Positions 38,565 through 48,983 of a stretch of 64,000 bases of DNA are shown here, one piece after another. The DNA comes from Anaeromyxobacteraceae bacterium (lineage in GTDB: Bacteria; Myxococcota; Myxococcia; Myxococcales; Anaeromyxobacteraceae). The position numbers and the translations under genes were made by a program. The notes under the pieces were generated by a model. That model was not told where the DNA came from. It ran no database searches and worked only from the letters and a program-made list of their open reading frames with translations. Every line of letters begins with the position of its first letter. Within the stretch, counting starts at the first letter, position 1. The DNA is taken from positions 512,001 through 576,000 of the forward strand of contig JASGHJ010000001.1 in the NCBI GenBank assembly GCA_047602405.1, given 5' to 3'.

Positions 38565-39101
38565 ATGAGCACCGCCGCTGCCCGCTTCCTCGCCTACGTC
38601 GACGGCTCGTCCCTCCAGAACCCCGGCGGCCCCGGCGCGACCGGCTTCGTCGTGCTCGACCGCTCCCGCCCGGCCCTGCGCTTCGGCGCGACCCGCTTCA
38701 CGGTCGACGGCCCGCACGCGGTGACCAACAACCGCATGGAGCTGCGCGCGGTGCTCGAGGCCCTCGAGGGGCTGCCGGCGGGCGAGCGCGTGCACGTGGT
38801 CTCGGATTCCCAGTACGTGCTGAACGCGCTCACGAAGTGGATCCACGGCTGGCGCAAGAAGGGCTGGCGCACGGCGGCGGGCGAGCCGGTGCTCAACCGC
38901 GACCTCATCGAGGCCGCCGACGCGCGCGCGCGGGAGCTCCACGTGACCTGGGAGTGGGTGCGCGGGCACGACGGCCACCCCGCGAACGAGGTCGTCGATC
39001 AGCTCGCGCAGTCGGCGGCGCGCGGGGTCGACGGCCCGACCGAGGCCGACGTCATCGCTGCGCTGCGCGCCGCGGGGATCCTGGGCGGGGCGCGGCCGTA
39101 G
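38565..39101 (+). CDS. rnhA: Ribonuclease HI
   Basis: YVDGS...NPGGPG, TNNRMEL.A, DSQYV, W...W...GW, WVRGH.G...NE.VD.LA. Confidence 0.92.
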   Translation: MSTAAARFLAYVDGSSLQNPGGPGATGFVVLDRSRPALRFGATRFTVDGPHAVTNNRMELRAVLEALEGLPAGERVHVVSDSQYVLNALTKWIHGWRKKGWRTAAGEPVLNRDLIEAADARARELHVTWEWVRGHDGHPANEVVDQLAQSAARGVDGPTEADVIAALRAAGILGGARP

Positions 39102-39128
39102 CCGTTCGACGTCCCGGCCGCCGGCGGC

Positions 39129-40805
39129 TCAGCCGCCGCGCGGCTTGCGCCCGGGCCGGGCCGCGCCCTTGCGGCCCACCTCGGGCGTCATGGCGAGCCG
39201 CTCGATCTTCGCGTCGGGCATCCGCGGGTCCGGCTTCGCGGCCGCGCGCCCGAAGCCCTCGGCGGCGCCGCGCTGCACCTCGAAGCGCACCTCGCCGGGC
39301 AGGATCTGGATCTTGCCGATCTCGGCGCGGCTCACCTCGCCCCGCCGGCAGAGGAGCGGCAGGATCCACTTCGGATCCGCCTTGCGATCGCGGCGCAGCG
39401 TGAGGCGGAACCACGCGACGTCGGTGGGCGGCCCGCGCTTCGCCGCGGCCGGCGCGTGGCGCACCGGCGCCTCCTTCACGGCGCGGGCGGACTCGGGGAG
39501 GTCCTCGGGCGCCGGCACCCGGGTGCGCTCGCGGCGCAGGAGCGCCACCGCGACGGCGAGCGCGTCGTGACCGGCGAGGAGCTTCCTCGCCGCCTCGCGG
39601 TCCTCGTCGGTCGCCTCCGCGGCGAGCGCGGCCACGTCGGCGGCGAGGCGCTCGGCGTCCCGCGCCCGGATCTCGTCCGGGGACGGGAGCGGGAGCCACT
39701 TCGCGGTGGTGCGCGTGGCCCGGAGCATCTGCTCGAGCTTGTAGCGCTCGGCGGGGGTGGCGAGCAGGACCGCGAGCCCCTTCTTGCCCGCCCGGCCGGT
39801 GCGGCCGCTGCGGTGCTGGAGCGCCTGCGCGTCGCGGGGGACGTCGGCGTGGAGCACGAGCCCGAGGGCGGGGAGGTCGAGCCCGCGCGCCGCCACGTCG
39901 GTCGCGACCAGCACCCGCGCGCGGCCGTCGCGCAGCGCGGTGAGCGCGCGCGTGCGCTCGGGCTGGGTGAGCTCACCGGAGATCGCGACGACCTCGAAGC
40001 CGCGCTCGGAGAGCCCGGCCGCGGTGTGCTGCACCGCCTCGCGGGTGTTGCGGAAGACGATCGCGGTCGGCGGCTCGATCGCGCGGAGCACGTTCACGAT
40101 CGCGTGCTCGCGCTCGCGGCCGGCGACGAGGTGGGCGCGGTGCTCGATGTCGGCGTGCGCCTCGTGGGGATCGGTCGCGGCGAGGCGGGCCGGGTCGCGG
40201 GTGTAGCGCTTCGCGAGCTCGAGGATGGGCTTCGGCAGCGTCGCCGAGAAGAGGACCGTGCGCCGCTCCGGGGGCGTCGCGTCGAGGAGCGCCTCGAGCT
40301 CCTCCCTGAAGCCCATGTCGAGCATCTCGTCGGCCTCGTCGAGGACGACGGTCTGGAGCCCGGAGAGGTCGAGGGCCTTGCGCTCGAGGTGATCCACGAG
40401 CCGCCCCGGCGTGCCCACCACCACCTGCGGCCGGTCGGCGAGCGCGCGCGCCTCGCGGCGTGCGTCCATCCCGCCCACGCACGCGACCACCCGCCCGCCC
40501 GCCTCGGCGAAGACCCAGGCGAGCTCGCGCTGCACCTGCATCGCGAGCTCCCGGGTCGGGGCGACCACGAGCGCGACCGGCCGCTGGGTGCGCGGGAACG
40601 GCCCGCCCGCCTCGGTCGCGTCCCCCGCGACGAGCAGGCCGAAGGCGAGCGTCTTCCCGGAGCCGGTGCGCGAGGAGACGAGGAGGTCCCGGCCGGCGAG
40701 CGCGGGGGCGAGCACCGCCTCCTGCACGGGCGTCGGCTCCTCGTAACCCTTCCGCGCGATGGCGGCGGCGAGCAGGGGGTGGGCGCCCAGGTCGGTGAAG
40801 GTCAC
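39129..40805 (-). CDS. DEAD-box RNA helicase with a DbpA-type RNA-binding domain
   Basis: TGSGKT, PTRELA, TPGR, DEADEML, SAT, HRSGRTGRAG. Confidence 0.95.
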   Translation of the reverse strand: MTFTDLGAHPLLAAAIARKGYEEPTPVQEAVLAPALAGRDLLVSSRTGSGKTLAFGLLVAGDATEAGGPFPRTQRPVALVVAPTRELAMQVQRELAWVFAEAGGRVVACVGGMDARREARALADRPQVVVGTPGRLVDHLERKALDLSGLQTVVLDEADEMLDMGFREELEALLDATPPERRTVLFSATLPKPILELAKRYTRDPARLAATDPHEAHADIEHRAHLVAGREREHAIVNVLRAIEPPTAIVFRNTREAVQHTAAGLSERGFEVVAISGELTQPERTRALTALRDGRARVLVATDVAARGLDLPALGLVLHADVPRDAQALQHRSGRTGRAGKKGLAVLLATPAERYKLEQMLRATRTTAKWLPLPSPDEIRARDAERLAADVAALAAEATDEDREAARKLLAGHDALAVAVALLRRERTRVPAPEDLPESARAVKEAPVRHAPAAAKRGPPTDVAWFRLTLRRDRKADPKWILPLLCRRGEVSRAEIGKIQILPGEVRFEVQRGAAEGFGRAAAKPDPRMPDAKIERLAMTPEVGRKGAARPGRKPRGG

Positions 40806-40870
40806 CCGCGGGTTCTACCCGAGCGCGGGCCCCCTCCACAACGCACGAGGAGGCGTAACCTGCGGGTGCC

Positions 40871-42010
40871 ATGGACCTCAGGCCCTTCGCCCTCGAGCGG
40901 TGGTTCGCCCGCCACGAGTTCTCCGCCCGGTTCCTGCTCGGCTCCTCGGACCCACAGTCGATGCCGGTCTCGGAGCTGCTCGCGCTCGAGCCCGGCGCCG
41001 GAGAGCGGCTCGCCGCGACCTGGCTCGGCTACACCGAGAACGCCGGCTCGCCCGAGCTGCGCCAGGCGATCGCCGCCCTGCACGAGGTGGCGGGACCGGA
41101 CGACGTCATCGTCTTCACGGGCTCCGAGGAGCCGGTCTTCACCTGGCTCAACGTGGCGCTCCGGCCGGGCGATCACGCGATCGTGCACAGCCCCTGCTAC
41201 CAGTCGCACGCCGAGGTCGCGCGGGCGGCGGGCGCGGACGTCACGCCCTGGACCGGTGACCCGCGGCGCGGCTGGGCGCTCGACCCGCACGAGCTCGAGA
41301 AGCTGCTCCGGCCCTCGACCCGCGTGCTCCTCCTCACCACGCCGCACAACCCGACCGGCGCGCACCTCCCGCGCGACGTGTGGGACGAGGTCGTGCGGAT
41401 CTGCGCGCGCCGCGGGATCTGGCTCTTCGCGGACGAGGTGTACCGCGGGCTCGAGCACGACCCCGCCGCCCGGCTGCCGCGCGCGGTGGACGTGTACGAG
41501 CGGGCGGTGTCGCTCGACGGGCTCTCGAAGTCCTACGGCCTCGCGGGCTTGCGGCTCGGGTGGCTCGCGCTCCGGGACCGGGTGCTGCGGGAGAAGCTGC
41601 TCGCGTTCAAGGACTACCTGACGATGTGCAACGCGGCGCCCTCCGAGACGCTCGGCGCGATCGCGGTCCGGCACACCGACGCGCTGCAGGGCCGGTCGCG
41701 GGCGCGGCTCGCGCGGAACCTCGCGCTCCTGGACGCGTTCCTCGCCCGGCACCCGGACCGCTTCGCGTGGACGCGCCCCCGGGCGGGCTCGGTCGCGTTC
41801 GTCCGGCTCCTGGGCGGCGGCGCCGAGGACTTCTGCGACAGCCTGGTGCGCGAGGCCGGGGTGATGCTCGTCCCCTCGACGAAGTTCGACGCGGGGGACG
41901 AGCACCTCCGGTTCGGCTACGGCCGGGCCAACCTCCCCGAGGCGCTCGCCGCGCTGGAGGCGTGGCTCGGGCGCGCGACCCAGGACACCTGGAACGCGCG
42001 GTCGAGGTGA
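40871..42010 (+). CDS. PLP-dependent aminotransferase class I/II
   Basis: PHNPTG, DEVY, SKSYGLAGLRLGW. Confidence 0.92.
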   Translation: MDLRPFALERWFARHEFSARFLLGSSDPQSMPVSELLALEPGAGERLAATWLGYTENAGSPELRQAIAALHEVAGPDDVIVFTGSEEPVFTWLNVALRPGDHAIVHSPCYQSHAEVARAAGADVTPWTGDPRRGWALDPHELEKLLRPSTRVLLLTTPHNPTGAHLPRDVWDEVVRICARRGIWLFADEVYRGLEHDPAARLPRAVDVYERAVSLDGLSKSYGLAGLRLGWLALRDRVLREKLLAFKDYLTMCNAAPSETLGAIAVRHTDALQGRSRARLARNLALLDAFLARHPDRFAWTRPRAGSVAFVRLLGGGAEDFCDSLVREAGVMLVPSTKFDAGDEHLRFGYGRANLPEALAALEAWLGRATQDTWNARSR

Positions 42011-42040
42011 GGTAACCCTGGTTTGACGGAGGGAGAACGC

Positions 42041-43474
42041 GTGTCAGGCACCCGCAGAACGGCCCTCGGCCTCGCGGCGGTGATCCTCGTCGGCGGGGCG
42101 GCCTGCCGCAAGCCCCACGCGCCCCGGCGGCAGCCCCCCGCCCCGCTCCACGCGCCGGCCGCGAGCATGGACCCCGCGCTCCTGACCCTCGTCCAGCGGA
42201 AGGCCTTCGACTTCTTCTGGGACGGCGCGCACACGAGCGGTCTCTCCTGGGACAGCGTCACCGAGACCGGCCTGCCACCCGGGCCCATGCTCGCGACCGG
42301 CGCCACGGGCATGGGGGTGATGGCGATCGTCGTCGGCGTCGAGCGCGGGTTCGTCACGCGCCAGGCGGGCGCGGCGCGCGTCGCGAAGATCCTCGAGTAC
42401 CTGAGGACCGGCGCGCGGCGCTACCACGGCGCCTGGCCGCACTGGCTCGACCCCGCGACGGGCGAGGGCATCGGCCCGGAGGGCAACGACTCCTTCCGCA
42501 AGGGCGACATCGTCGAGACCGCGTTCGTGGCCGAGGGCCTCCTCACCGCGAGCCGGTACTTCGACGACCCGGAGGATCCCGCCGAGGCGAACATCCGCGC
42601 GGTGGCGGACGAGCTCTGGCGCGACATCGACTGGCGCTTCTACTGGGACGAGGCGAGCGGCGCGTTCCGCTGGCACTGGTCGAGCGACTCGGGCTTCGAC
42701 TGCCCCTCGCAGACGCCGGTGCAGGGCTTCAACGAGGCCATGATCGTCTACCTCCTCGGCATGGCCTCGCCGACGCACCCGGTGCCCGTGAGCGCGTACG
42801 CCCGCGGCTGGGCGCCCCCCGGGTACACGACCGACGCGAGCTACCGCGGCATCCGCCAGTGGGTCCAGACGTTCCAGGGCGGCGGGATGAACGTCTCGCT
42901 CTTCTGGACCCACTACTCGTTCCTGGGCTTCGACCCCCGGGCGATCCGCGATCCGCAGCTCGGCCAGGCCGGCGCCCCCGCCGGCTTCACGTATCACGAC
43001 GTGTTCCGGGACCTGAGCCTCGTCAACCGCGCGTACCACCTCGACATGCACCCGGAGAACGGGGACCACGCGTGGGGGCTCACCGCGAGCATGGACCCCT
43101 GGGGCTACGGCGCGCACAGCCCGATGCCGTCGAGCGGCGGCGACGGCGACAACGGCACGGTCGCGCCCACGGCCGCGCTCGGTGCCATGCCCTACGCGCC
43201 CGACGAGGCGTACGCGGCGCTGGTCGCGTTCCGCGCGGTGCCGGGCCTGTGGGGGAAGTACGGGTTCAGGGACGCCTACCACCCGGGGCGGCGCTGGACG
43301 AGCGACCGGTACATCGGCATCGACGAGGGACCGATCGTCCTCATGATCGAGAACCACCGCACGCGGCTGCTCTGGCGGCTCTTCATGTCCCACCCGGCGA
43401 TCGCGGATCCGGCGACCGGGTTGCTCGCGAAGCTCGAGGGCGCGGGGTGGACGATCACGCGGCAGAAGTACTGA
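42041..43474 (+). CDS. Lipoprotein of the glucoamylase/GH144 (beta-1,2-glucanase-like) family
   Basis: YHGAWPHW, GD.VETAF, FNEAMIVY.L, LFWTHYS.LG.DP, WGLTAS, IDEGPI..MIEN.R. Confidence 0.85.
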   Translation: MSGTRRTALGLAAVILVGGAACRKPHAPRRQPPAPLHAPAASMDPALLTLVQRKAFDFFWDGAHTSGLSWDSVTETGLPPGPMLATGATGMGVMAIVVGVERGFVTRQAGAARVAKILEYLRTGARRYHGAWPHWLDPATGEGIGPEGNDSFRKGDIVETAFVAEGLLTASRYFDDPEDPAEANIRAVADELWRDIDWRFYWDEASGAFRWHWSSDSGFDCPSQTPVQGFNEAMIVYLLGMASPTHPVPVSAYARGWAPPGYTTDASYRGIRQWVQTFQGGGMNVSLFWTHYSFLGFDPRAIRDPQLGQAGAPAGFTYHDVFRDLSLVNRAYHLDMHPENGDHAWGLTASMDPWGYGAHSPMPSSGGDGDNGTVAPTAALGAMPYAPDEAYAALVAFRAVPGLWGKYGFRDAYHPGRRWTSDRYIGIDEGPIVLMIENHRTRLLWRLFMSHPAIADPATGLLAKLEGAGWTITRQKY

Positions 43475-43530
43475 CCTGCCGAGCCGCGTCGACGAGGAGC
43501 GGGCCGGTCGTGCGGCGGGCCGTGGTCACC

Positions 43531-45318
43531 TCAGTCGAGCGGCAGCTTCAGCCGCTCGAGCACCTTGCGGTAGCGCGGGTCGGAGCGGAGGCCCTTCAGG
43601 ACGGGATCGTACCGCAGGTACATCGTGCCGGCGTCGTGGCTGTCGATCGCGCGGCCCAGCCACTCGAGGGCGCGCTCGGGCTCGCCCCGCCACGCGAAGA
43701 CCTGGGTCACCTGGTAGGCCCCGCCCTCGTGGACCCCGGGCTCCGCCACGATGGCGTCGACCATGCGCTGCGAGGCCGCGGCGTTGCCGAGGGTGTGGTC
43801 GATCATCGCGTCGCCCATGCGCGAGAAGAGCACGTTCGTCGAGCGCCGGAAGGCGAGCCGCGCCTCCGGCAGCTTGCCCTGCAGCAGGAGGACGAAGCCG
43901 AGCGTGCGGGCCGCGCGGTTGTTCTGGGGCGCGAGCTCGAGCGCGCGCGTCGCGGAGAGGAGCGCCTCGTCGAGCCGTCCCTCGCCCATCCGGACGATGC
44001 TGAGGCCCACGTGCGCGCTCGCGTGGAGCGGGTCGAGGAGCACGGCCCGCTCGATGGTCTCGTCCGCCTCCCGCATCCGGCCGAGCGTGGCGAGGAGCGC
44101 GCCGTACTGCAGGAGGACGTCCGGGCTCCCGGGGTTGAGGTCTCGCGCCCGCTCGAGGTCGGCGAGGGCGCCGGTCCAGTCCTGCTGCGCGGCCAGGCGG
44201 AACGAGCCGCGCGCAAAGAACCCCTCGAAGGACGCCGGGGCGAGCGCGACGGCGCGCTCCGCCTCCCGGAGGGCCCTCGGCCACTCGGTGCGCTGGTCGA
44301 GGTTGCCCTGATCGGCCGCCCAGAAGCGCGCCCGGGAGAGCGCGGCCCACGCGGGCGCGTAGCCGGGGTCGCGCGCCACCACCCGCTCGAGCAGCTTCAC
44401 CGCCGACTCGAAGCCGTCGACCGAGCCGCTCGAGAGGGCGTCGAGCCCGCGCAGGTAGAGGTCGTGCGCCTCCGCGTCCGCGGTCCGGGCCGGCGCGGCG
44501 GCGCCCGGCAAGAGCGCCACCTCGAGCGCCGCCACCACCGCGCGCGCGATCTCCTCCTGCACCGCGAAGACGTCGGTGAGCTCGCGATCGAACTGCTTCG
44601 ACCAGAGGTGGGAGCCCCCCGCGGTCTCGATGAGCTGGGCGGTGATGCGCACCTTCGAGCCGGCCCGGCGCACGCTGCCCTCGAGGAGGTTCGCCGCGTT
44701 GAGCCGCTGGCCGACGGAGCGCAGGTCCTCGTTCCTGCCCTTCATCGAGAACGAGGAGGTGCGGCCGATGACGCGCAGCCCCTTCACCTGGGCGAGCGCG
44801 TTCAGGATCTCCTCGGAGATGCCGTCGGAGAAGTACTCCTGATCCTTGCCCGGGCTCATGTCGACGAACGGCAGCACCGCGATCGACGGCGCACCCTGCG
44901 GTGCGGCGACCGCGCTCGCCGCGGGGGCGGCCGCGCGGGGCCCCGGGCCCGGCCAGACGAAGAAGTAGACGAGCCCGGGGGCCGCGGCCATGAGCCCCAC
45001 GACCGCGAGCGGGAGCGCGAGCCGGAGTCCGCCGCCGCGGGCCGGCGCGGGCTCGCCCGCGGCTTCGCCCGTGACGGCCGGCGTCCGCTCGAGGCCGCGC
45101 GCGGTCAGATCGAACGACCAGGCGAGGGCCGCCGTGACCGGGAAGCCCAGCCCGAGGACCACCACCACGAAGCTGAGCGTCCAGTCGGGCAGGTGAAGGC
45201 CGTGCATGACCGGCTCGTAGACCTGCAGCACCGCGAACGCCGCCACGCCCCAGATCGCGAGCGCCCGGATCACCCGGCGGCGTTGCAGCTCCGCGACGAA
45301 CCCCCGGATCCAGGGCAT
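43531..45318 (-). CDS. Membrane-anchored TolB-like/TPR protein; start codon lies at the group II intron junction
   Basis: F.AELQRRRV.R, SIAVLPF.DMS...DQEYFSDG..EE..N.L, TPR repeats. Confidence 0.88.
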   Translation of the reverse strand: MPWIRGFVAELQRRRVIRALAIWGVAAFAVLQVYEPVMHGLHLPDWTLSFVVVVLGLGFPVTAALAWSFDLTARGLERTPAVTGEAAGEPAPARGGGLRLALPLAVVGLMAAAPGLVYFFVWPGPGPRAAAPAASAVAAPQGAPSIAVLPFVDMSPGKDQEYFSDGISEEILNALAQVKGLRVIGRTSSFSMKGRNEDLRSVGQRLNAANLLEGSVRRAGSKVRITAQLIETAGGSHLWSKQFDRELTDVFAVQEEIARAVVAALEVALLPGAAAPARTADAEAHDLYLRGLDALSSGSVDGFESAVKLLERVVARDPGYAPAWAALSRARFWAADQGNLDQRTEWPRALREAERAVALAPASFEGFFARGSFRLAAQQDWTGALADLERARDLNPGSPDVLLQYGALLATLGRMREADETIERAVLLDPLHASAHVGLSIVRMGEGRLDEALLSATRALELAPQNNRAARTLGFVLLLQGKLPEARLAFRRSTNVLFSRMGDAMIDHTLGNAAASQRMVDAIVAEPGVHEGGAYQVTQVFAWRGEPERALEWLGRAIDSHDAGTMYLRYDPVLKGLRSDPRYRKVLERLKLPLD

Positions 45319-47247
45319 TGGTCGATCCTGGCGCAGTACCGGCCGTTAGGCCAGCCTGGTTCCAGGGCCTCCTTTCAAACCGTGCGTGCGGGTTTCCCGC
45401 ACACGGCTTAACGATGGTCTTCGCGCGGCAGCTTGCGCGGGGTAGCGGACGCGGCCCATGCAGCGGTGCAGGCCCAGTTCGAAGAGACGTTCGAAGGGCC
45501 AAGCCTCGTACTGATAGCGAGTCCGCTGACCACCGCGCCGATGGAGCCAGCGCGTGATCCGTTCGTGCACGTACCAGTCGACGCGGTTGAACTCCCGATC
45601 CGCTGTTCCGGTCCGGAAGTAGTTGGCCCAGCCCCGGATGACGGGGTTCACGGACGCGATGACCTCCTTCACGTCCTTCGCCCCGCTCCTGCGCACGTCC
45701 GTCAGCTCGTGGACGCGCTCGCGGACGCGGGTCATCGCCTTCGGTGAGGGCCAGCGGTGCATGTAGTGCCGGTCGGGGCGCCGCTGGATGCTGCGCCGCT
45801 TCCGGTTCACGCACCCGAGGAAGGTGAAGCCTTCCTTTCCTCGCCTCAGATCGACGATCCGCGTCTTCTCCGGGTGCAGCGTCAGGCCGAGGCGCGCCAT
45901 GATGAGCTCGACGCGCCGCCTCGCCTCGTTCACCTTCGACTCCGTCCCACACATCACGACGAAGTCGTCGGCGTACCGCACCAGGACGCCGAGGTGCTTG
46001 CACCTCTGCGCCCAGATCCGGTCGAGCTCGTGCAGGTAGACGTTGGCGAGCAGCGGCGAGATCACTCCACCCTGTGGCGTTCCCGCCACGGGGTTTCTCA
46101 CCGTGCCCTCCTCCATCACCCCGGCCTCCAGCCACTTCCGCAGGAGCTTCAGCACCCTGCGGTCCGAGATCCGCTCCGCCACCATCGCCATCAGCTTCTG
46201 CTGGTCGATGCTGTCGAAGTACGCCTTGATGTCGGCGTCGAGCACGAAGTTGTGACCCTGGTTGCCAGCCTCGCGGATGGCCTCCAGCGCCTGCGTCGCG
46301 CTCCGCTTCGGCCGGAACCCGTAGCTCGACGACAGGAAGTCGGCCTCGAAGATCGGCTCGAGCACCAACTTCGCAGCCATCTGCGCCACGCGATCCCGCA
46401 CCGTCGGGATCCCGAGCGGCCGCTGCTTTCCGTCTGCCTTCGGGATGTACCGCCGCCTCACCGGGAGGGGGCGGTATTCGCCTGCCAGGAGATCGGCCTG
46501 GATCCCTTCGAGGAACGCCTCGACTCCGCTCTCCTCGATGGCCCGGATGGACTCGCCGTCCACCCCTGCCGCGCCTCCGTTGCTGCGCACCCGCTTCCAC
46601 GCTTCCCGCAGGACGTCACCCCTGCAGATCCGGTCGTACAATGCGTGAAAGCGCCGCGTGCTGCTCCGCTTGGCGGCCACGTAAAGCCGGCGCTGGAGTT
46701 CTCGCACTTTGTCGATGGGGGTGTTGGGCCTCACGGCCATGCCCTCGCGCTTACCCCCAGTGCCGACGCGACCAAAGCAGGGCCCCTTCCCTCCGCGCGG
46801 TTATCCCGCGCCTCACCGGTACTACGGGCCCCTCGGACTCCCTTCCGGCTCCTCGCGCTTTCGACTCCCGTCTTATGCGCTCGGTCTCTGCCCGACGCGG
46901 GCTGCCGGCGAGGGTCTCTCGTGTTCCACACCAATCCTTCGCGACGTGCCGCCGCCCCTACCCCGGGGAGCCCCAGCGTCCGTTCCGGACCAAGGACGCT
47001 GTGCATCGCCTTCGCCGTGGCATGACCGGCTCGGCGCTCCCGAACACCTTTCGGCTGAGGATTTGTCGAGGCTGAAGCGTTCACCTTGTTGCGGCCCGCC
47101 GCTTCGCTTCCTCCGTACGTGAGGCTTTCGACGCACCGCTCGGCATGCCCGGTCTCCCGGACAAGCTGGTGCCTGCTTCCGGGCTCTCCGGCGATTACCC
47201 GGACCGGACTCTCACCGGCTGGATCGGTGCAGCTTCCACGACGCACC
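45317..47247 (-). mobile_element. Complete group II intron (ribozyme plus RT ORF); boundaries uncertain by 1 nt
   Basis: 5' (G)GTGCG at 47247/47246; domain V AAGCCGTGTGCGGGAAACCCGCACGCACGGTTT at 45409-45377; 3' end ...GACCAAT at 45317. Confidence 0.92.
45346..46740 (-). CDS. ltrA: Group II intron reverse transcriptase/maturase without an endonuclease domain
   Basis: [54 protein letters not shown], domain X (N.VIRGW.NYF). Confidence 0.96.
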   Translation of the reverse strand: MAVRPNTPIDKVRELQRRLYVAAKRSSTRRFHALYDRICRGDVLREAWKRVRSNGGAAGVDGESIRAIEESGVEAFLEGIQADLLAGEYRPLPVRRRYIPKADGKQRPLGIPTVRDRVAQMAAKLVLEPIFEADFLSSSYGFRPKRSATQALEAIREAGNQGHNFVLDADIKAYFDSIDQQKLMAMVAERISDRRVLKLLRKWLEAGVMEEGTVRNPVAGTPQGGVISPLLANVYLHELDRIWAQRCKHLGVLVRYADDFVVMCGTESKVNEARRRVELIMARLGLTLHPEKTRIVDLRRGKEGFTFLGCVNRKRRSIQRRPDRHYMHRWPSPKAMTRVRERVHELTDVRRSGAKDVKEVIASVNPVIRGWANYFRTGTADREFNRVDWYVHERITRWLHRRGGQRTRYQYEAWPFERLFELGLHRCMGRVRYPAQAAARRPSLSRVRETRTHGLKGGPGTRLA

Positions 47248-47339
47248 ATGCAGGGATCCTCAGCGGACGCGGCGCGCGGGGCGCCAGCCCTGGGGCCCGG
47301 ACGAGGGAGCGGCCGGCCCGCGGCCTGCGAGCGCCGGCG

Positions 47340-48161
47340 TCAGCGCACCAGCACGAGCCGCCCGTAGAGCAGCGCGAACCCGGTCCGCTGCACGTTGCGC
47401 TGCGACCGCGAGCCGGGCTCGGTGGTCACGACGGCGACGTCGCAGCCCTCCCGCGCGGCGTCGGCGAGCCGCGCGCGCAGCAGGGCCGCCTGCACGCCGC
47501 GGCGGCGGAACGCGGCGAGCGTGGCGGCGCCGGCGAGCTGGGCGACGCCGCCGGACACCCGCATCGTCGCGCCGCCCGCGACCGCCCCGTCGACGCGCGC
47601 GAGGTAGCGGCGCAGGCCGGAGGCCGCGCCCATCTGCCGGAACACGCCCTTCAGGAGCTCCGCGTCGAACGCCTCGTGCGGCGCCGGGTCGGTCGGGTCG
47701 GCCTCGCCGAAACCCGTCGTCACCGCCTCGAGCCACGCCTCCTCCTCCGGGCCAGGCGACGCGGGCCGGACCTCCACGCCCTGCGCCGGCGCGGCGGCCG
47801 CGTGTCCGGGGCCTACGCGCAGCCCGAGCACGTTCTCGAGCCCGTGGACCCGGTACCCCCGCGCCGTGAGCGCCTCGGCGTGCCGGAGCGCGTGCACCGT
47901 GGAGAGCTCGACGCGGACCGCGCCGCCCCGGGCCGCGACGTCCGCCTCGAACGCACGCAGCGCCGCGTCGTCCCCGGCGTCGTCGCCGAACCCCCACCCG
48001 ATCACCTTGTCGAACGGCGAGCCCGCGTGGCTCCACGCGCCCGCGCCGGGGCCGAACGCGCGGACGAGGCCTCCCGGCGCGTTCACCGCGCGGGCAACCT
48101 CCAGCGTCAGCGAGGCCTCGGCCGCCTCGATGCGCCGGACCGTCTCGAGCTCCACGAACAT
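47340..48161 (-). CDS. GNAT-family N-acetyltransferase
   Basis: AATL..FRRRGVQ.ALL; S.SQRN..R.GF..LY. Confidence 0.88.
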   Translation of the reverse strand: MFVELETVRRIEAAEASLTLEVARAVNAPGGLVRAFGPGAGAWSHAGSPFDKVIGWGFGDDAGDDAALRAFEADVAARGGAVRVELSTVHALRHAEALTARGYRVHGLENVLGLRVGPGHAAAAPAQGVEVRPASPGPEEEAWLEAVTTGFGEADPTDPAPHEAFDAELLKGVFRQMGAASGLRRYLARVDGAVAGGATMRVSGGVAQLAGAATLAAFRRRGVQAALLRARLADAAREGCDVAVVTTEPGSRSQRNVQRTGFALLYGRLVLVR

Positions 48162-48226
48162 CGGAGCGCCCTTCTACACCTCGGGCCTCCGGGGCGGCGA
48201 GACCGGCCTCGCCGCCCGGAGGGGGC

Positions 48227-48404
48227 TCACACCCGCGTCGCCACCGCCTCGAGGTAGGCCGCGGGCACGACGAGCCCGTTGCCCCTGCCGGTGTCGTACC
48301 GCTCGAGGAGCGCGGTCAGGTCGGCGGTGAGCGCCTCCTGCCCCGCAGCCGGCAGCGCGCCGTAGGCCTTGTGGATCGGGCCGTACCAGGTGCGGAACGT
48401 CTGC
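48227..48404 (-). pseudogene. C-terminal remnant of a class I SAM-dependent methyltransferase
   Basis: FRTWYGP.HKA..AL....AL..DL..L........LVVP..YLE.V tail only. Confidence 0.6.
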
Positions 48405-48955
48405 GCGACGGCTGGCTCGCGCGCTTCGTCGAGGCGGCCGCCGCGGAGGCCGACGCGCCGCGCCCGGGCAGCGAGGGCGTGCTCGCGCGCCTCTCGGAGC
48501 TCATGTTCGTGGAGGTCGTGCGGCGGCACCTCGCGGCGCTCCCCGCCGGGCGCACCAACTGGCTCGCGGGGCTGCGCGACCCCAACGTCGGCCGCGCGCT
48601 CGCGGCGCTGCACGCGCGGCCCGCTCACCCGTGGAGCCTCGACGAGCTCGCTCGCGAGGCGGGGCTCTCCCGGACCGTGCTCGCCGAGCGGTTCGCCGCG
48701 CTCGTGGGGGAGCCCCCGATGCAGTACCTCGCCCGCTGGCGGATGCAGGTCGCGGCGGGGCTCCTCGCCTCGACCCACGACGGCATGGCGGCGATCGCGG
48801 CGGCGGTCGGCTATGCTTCCGAGGCCGCGTTCAACCGCGCCTTCCGCAAGCTCGTCGGCGTCCCGCCGGCGACCTGGCGGCGCGGACGGCGAGGCCCGGA
48901 CGTCACGTCCGGCGCCGTCCCGACTCCACTCTCCGGACGCCAGATCCCTTCCTGA
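48405..48955 (+). pseudogene. 5'-truncated AraC-family regulator
   Basis: RLSELMFVEVVR, WLAGL.D..V, WSLDELA..AG.SR, P.QYL..WRM, GY.SEAAF.RAF; no N-terminal domain or start. Confidence 0.75.
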
Positions 48956-48983
48956 GCCCTCACCCCGCCCAGAGGTCAACTCG

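Noticed and set aside
45346..46740. RT as a retron, DGR or CRISPR-associated RT
   Set aside because: YADD motif, domain X, a GUGCG 5' end and canonical domain V/VI identify a group II intron; no TR/VR pair or cas genes seen
46731..47249. 172-aa ORF upstream of the RT
   Set aside because: It is the host start codon reading into ribozyme domains I-III, with no protein-like features
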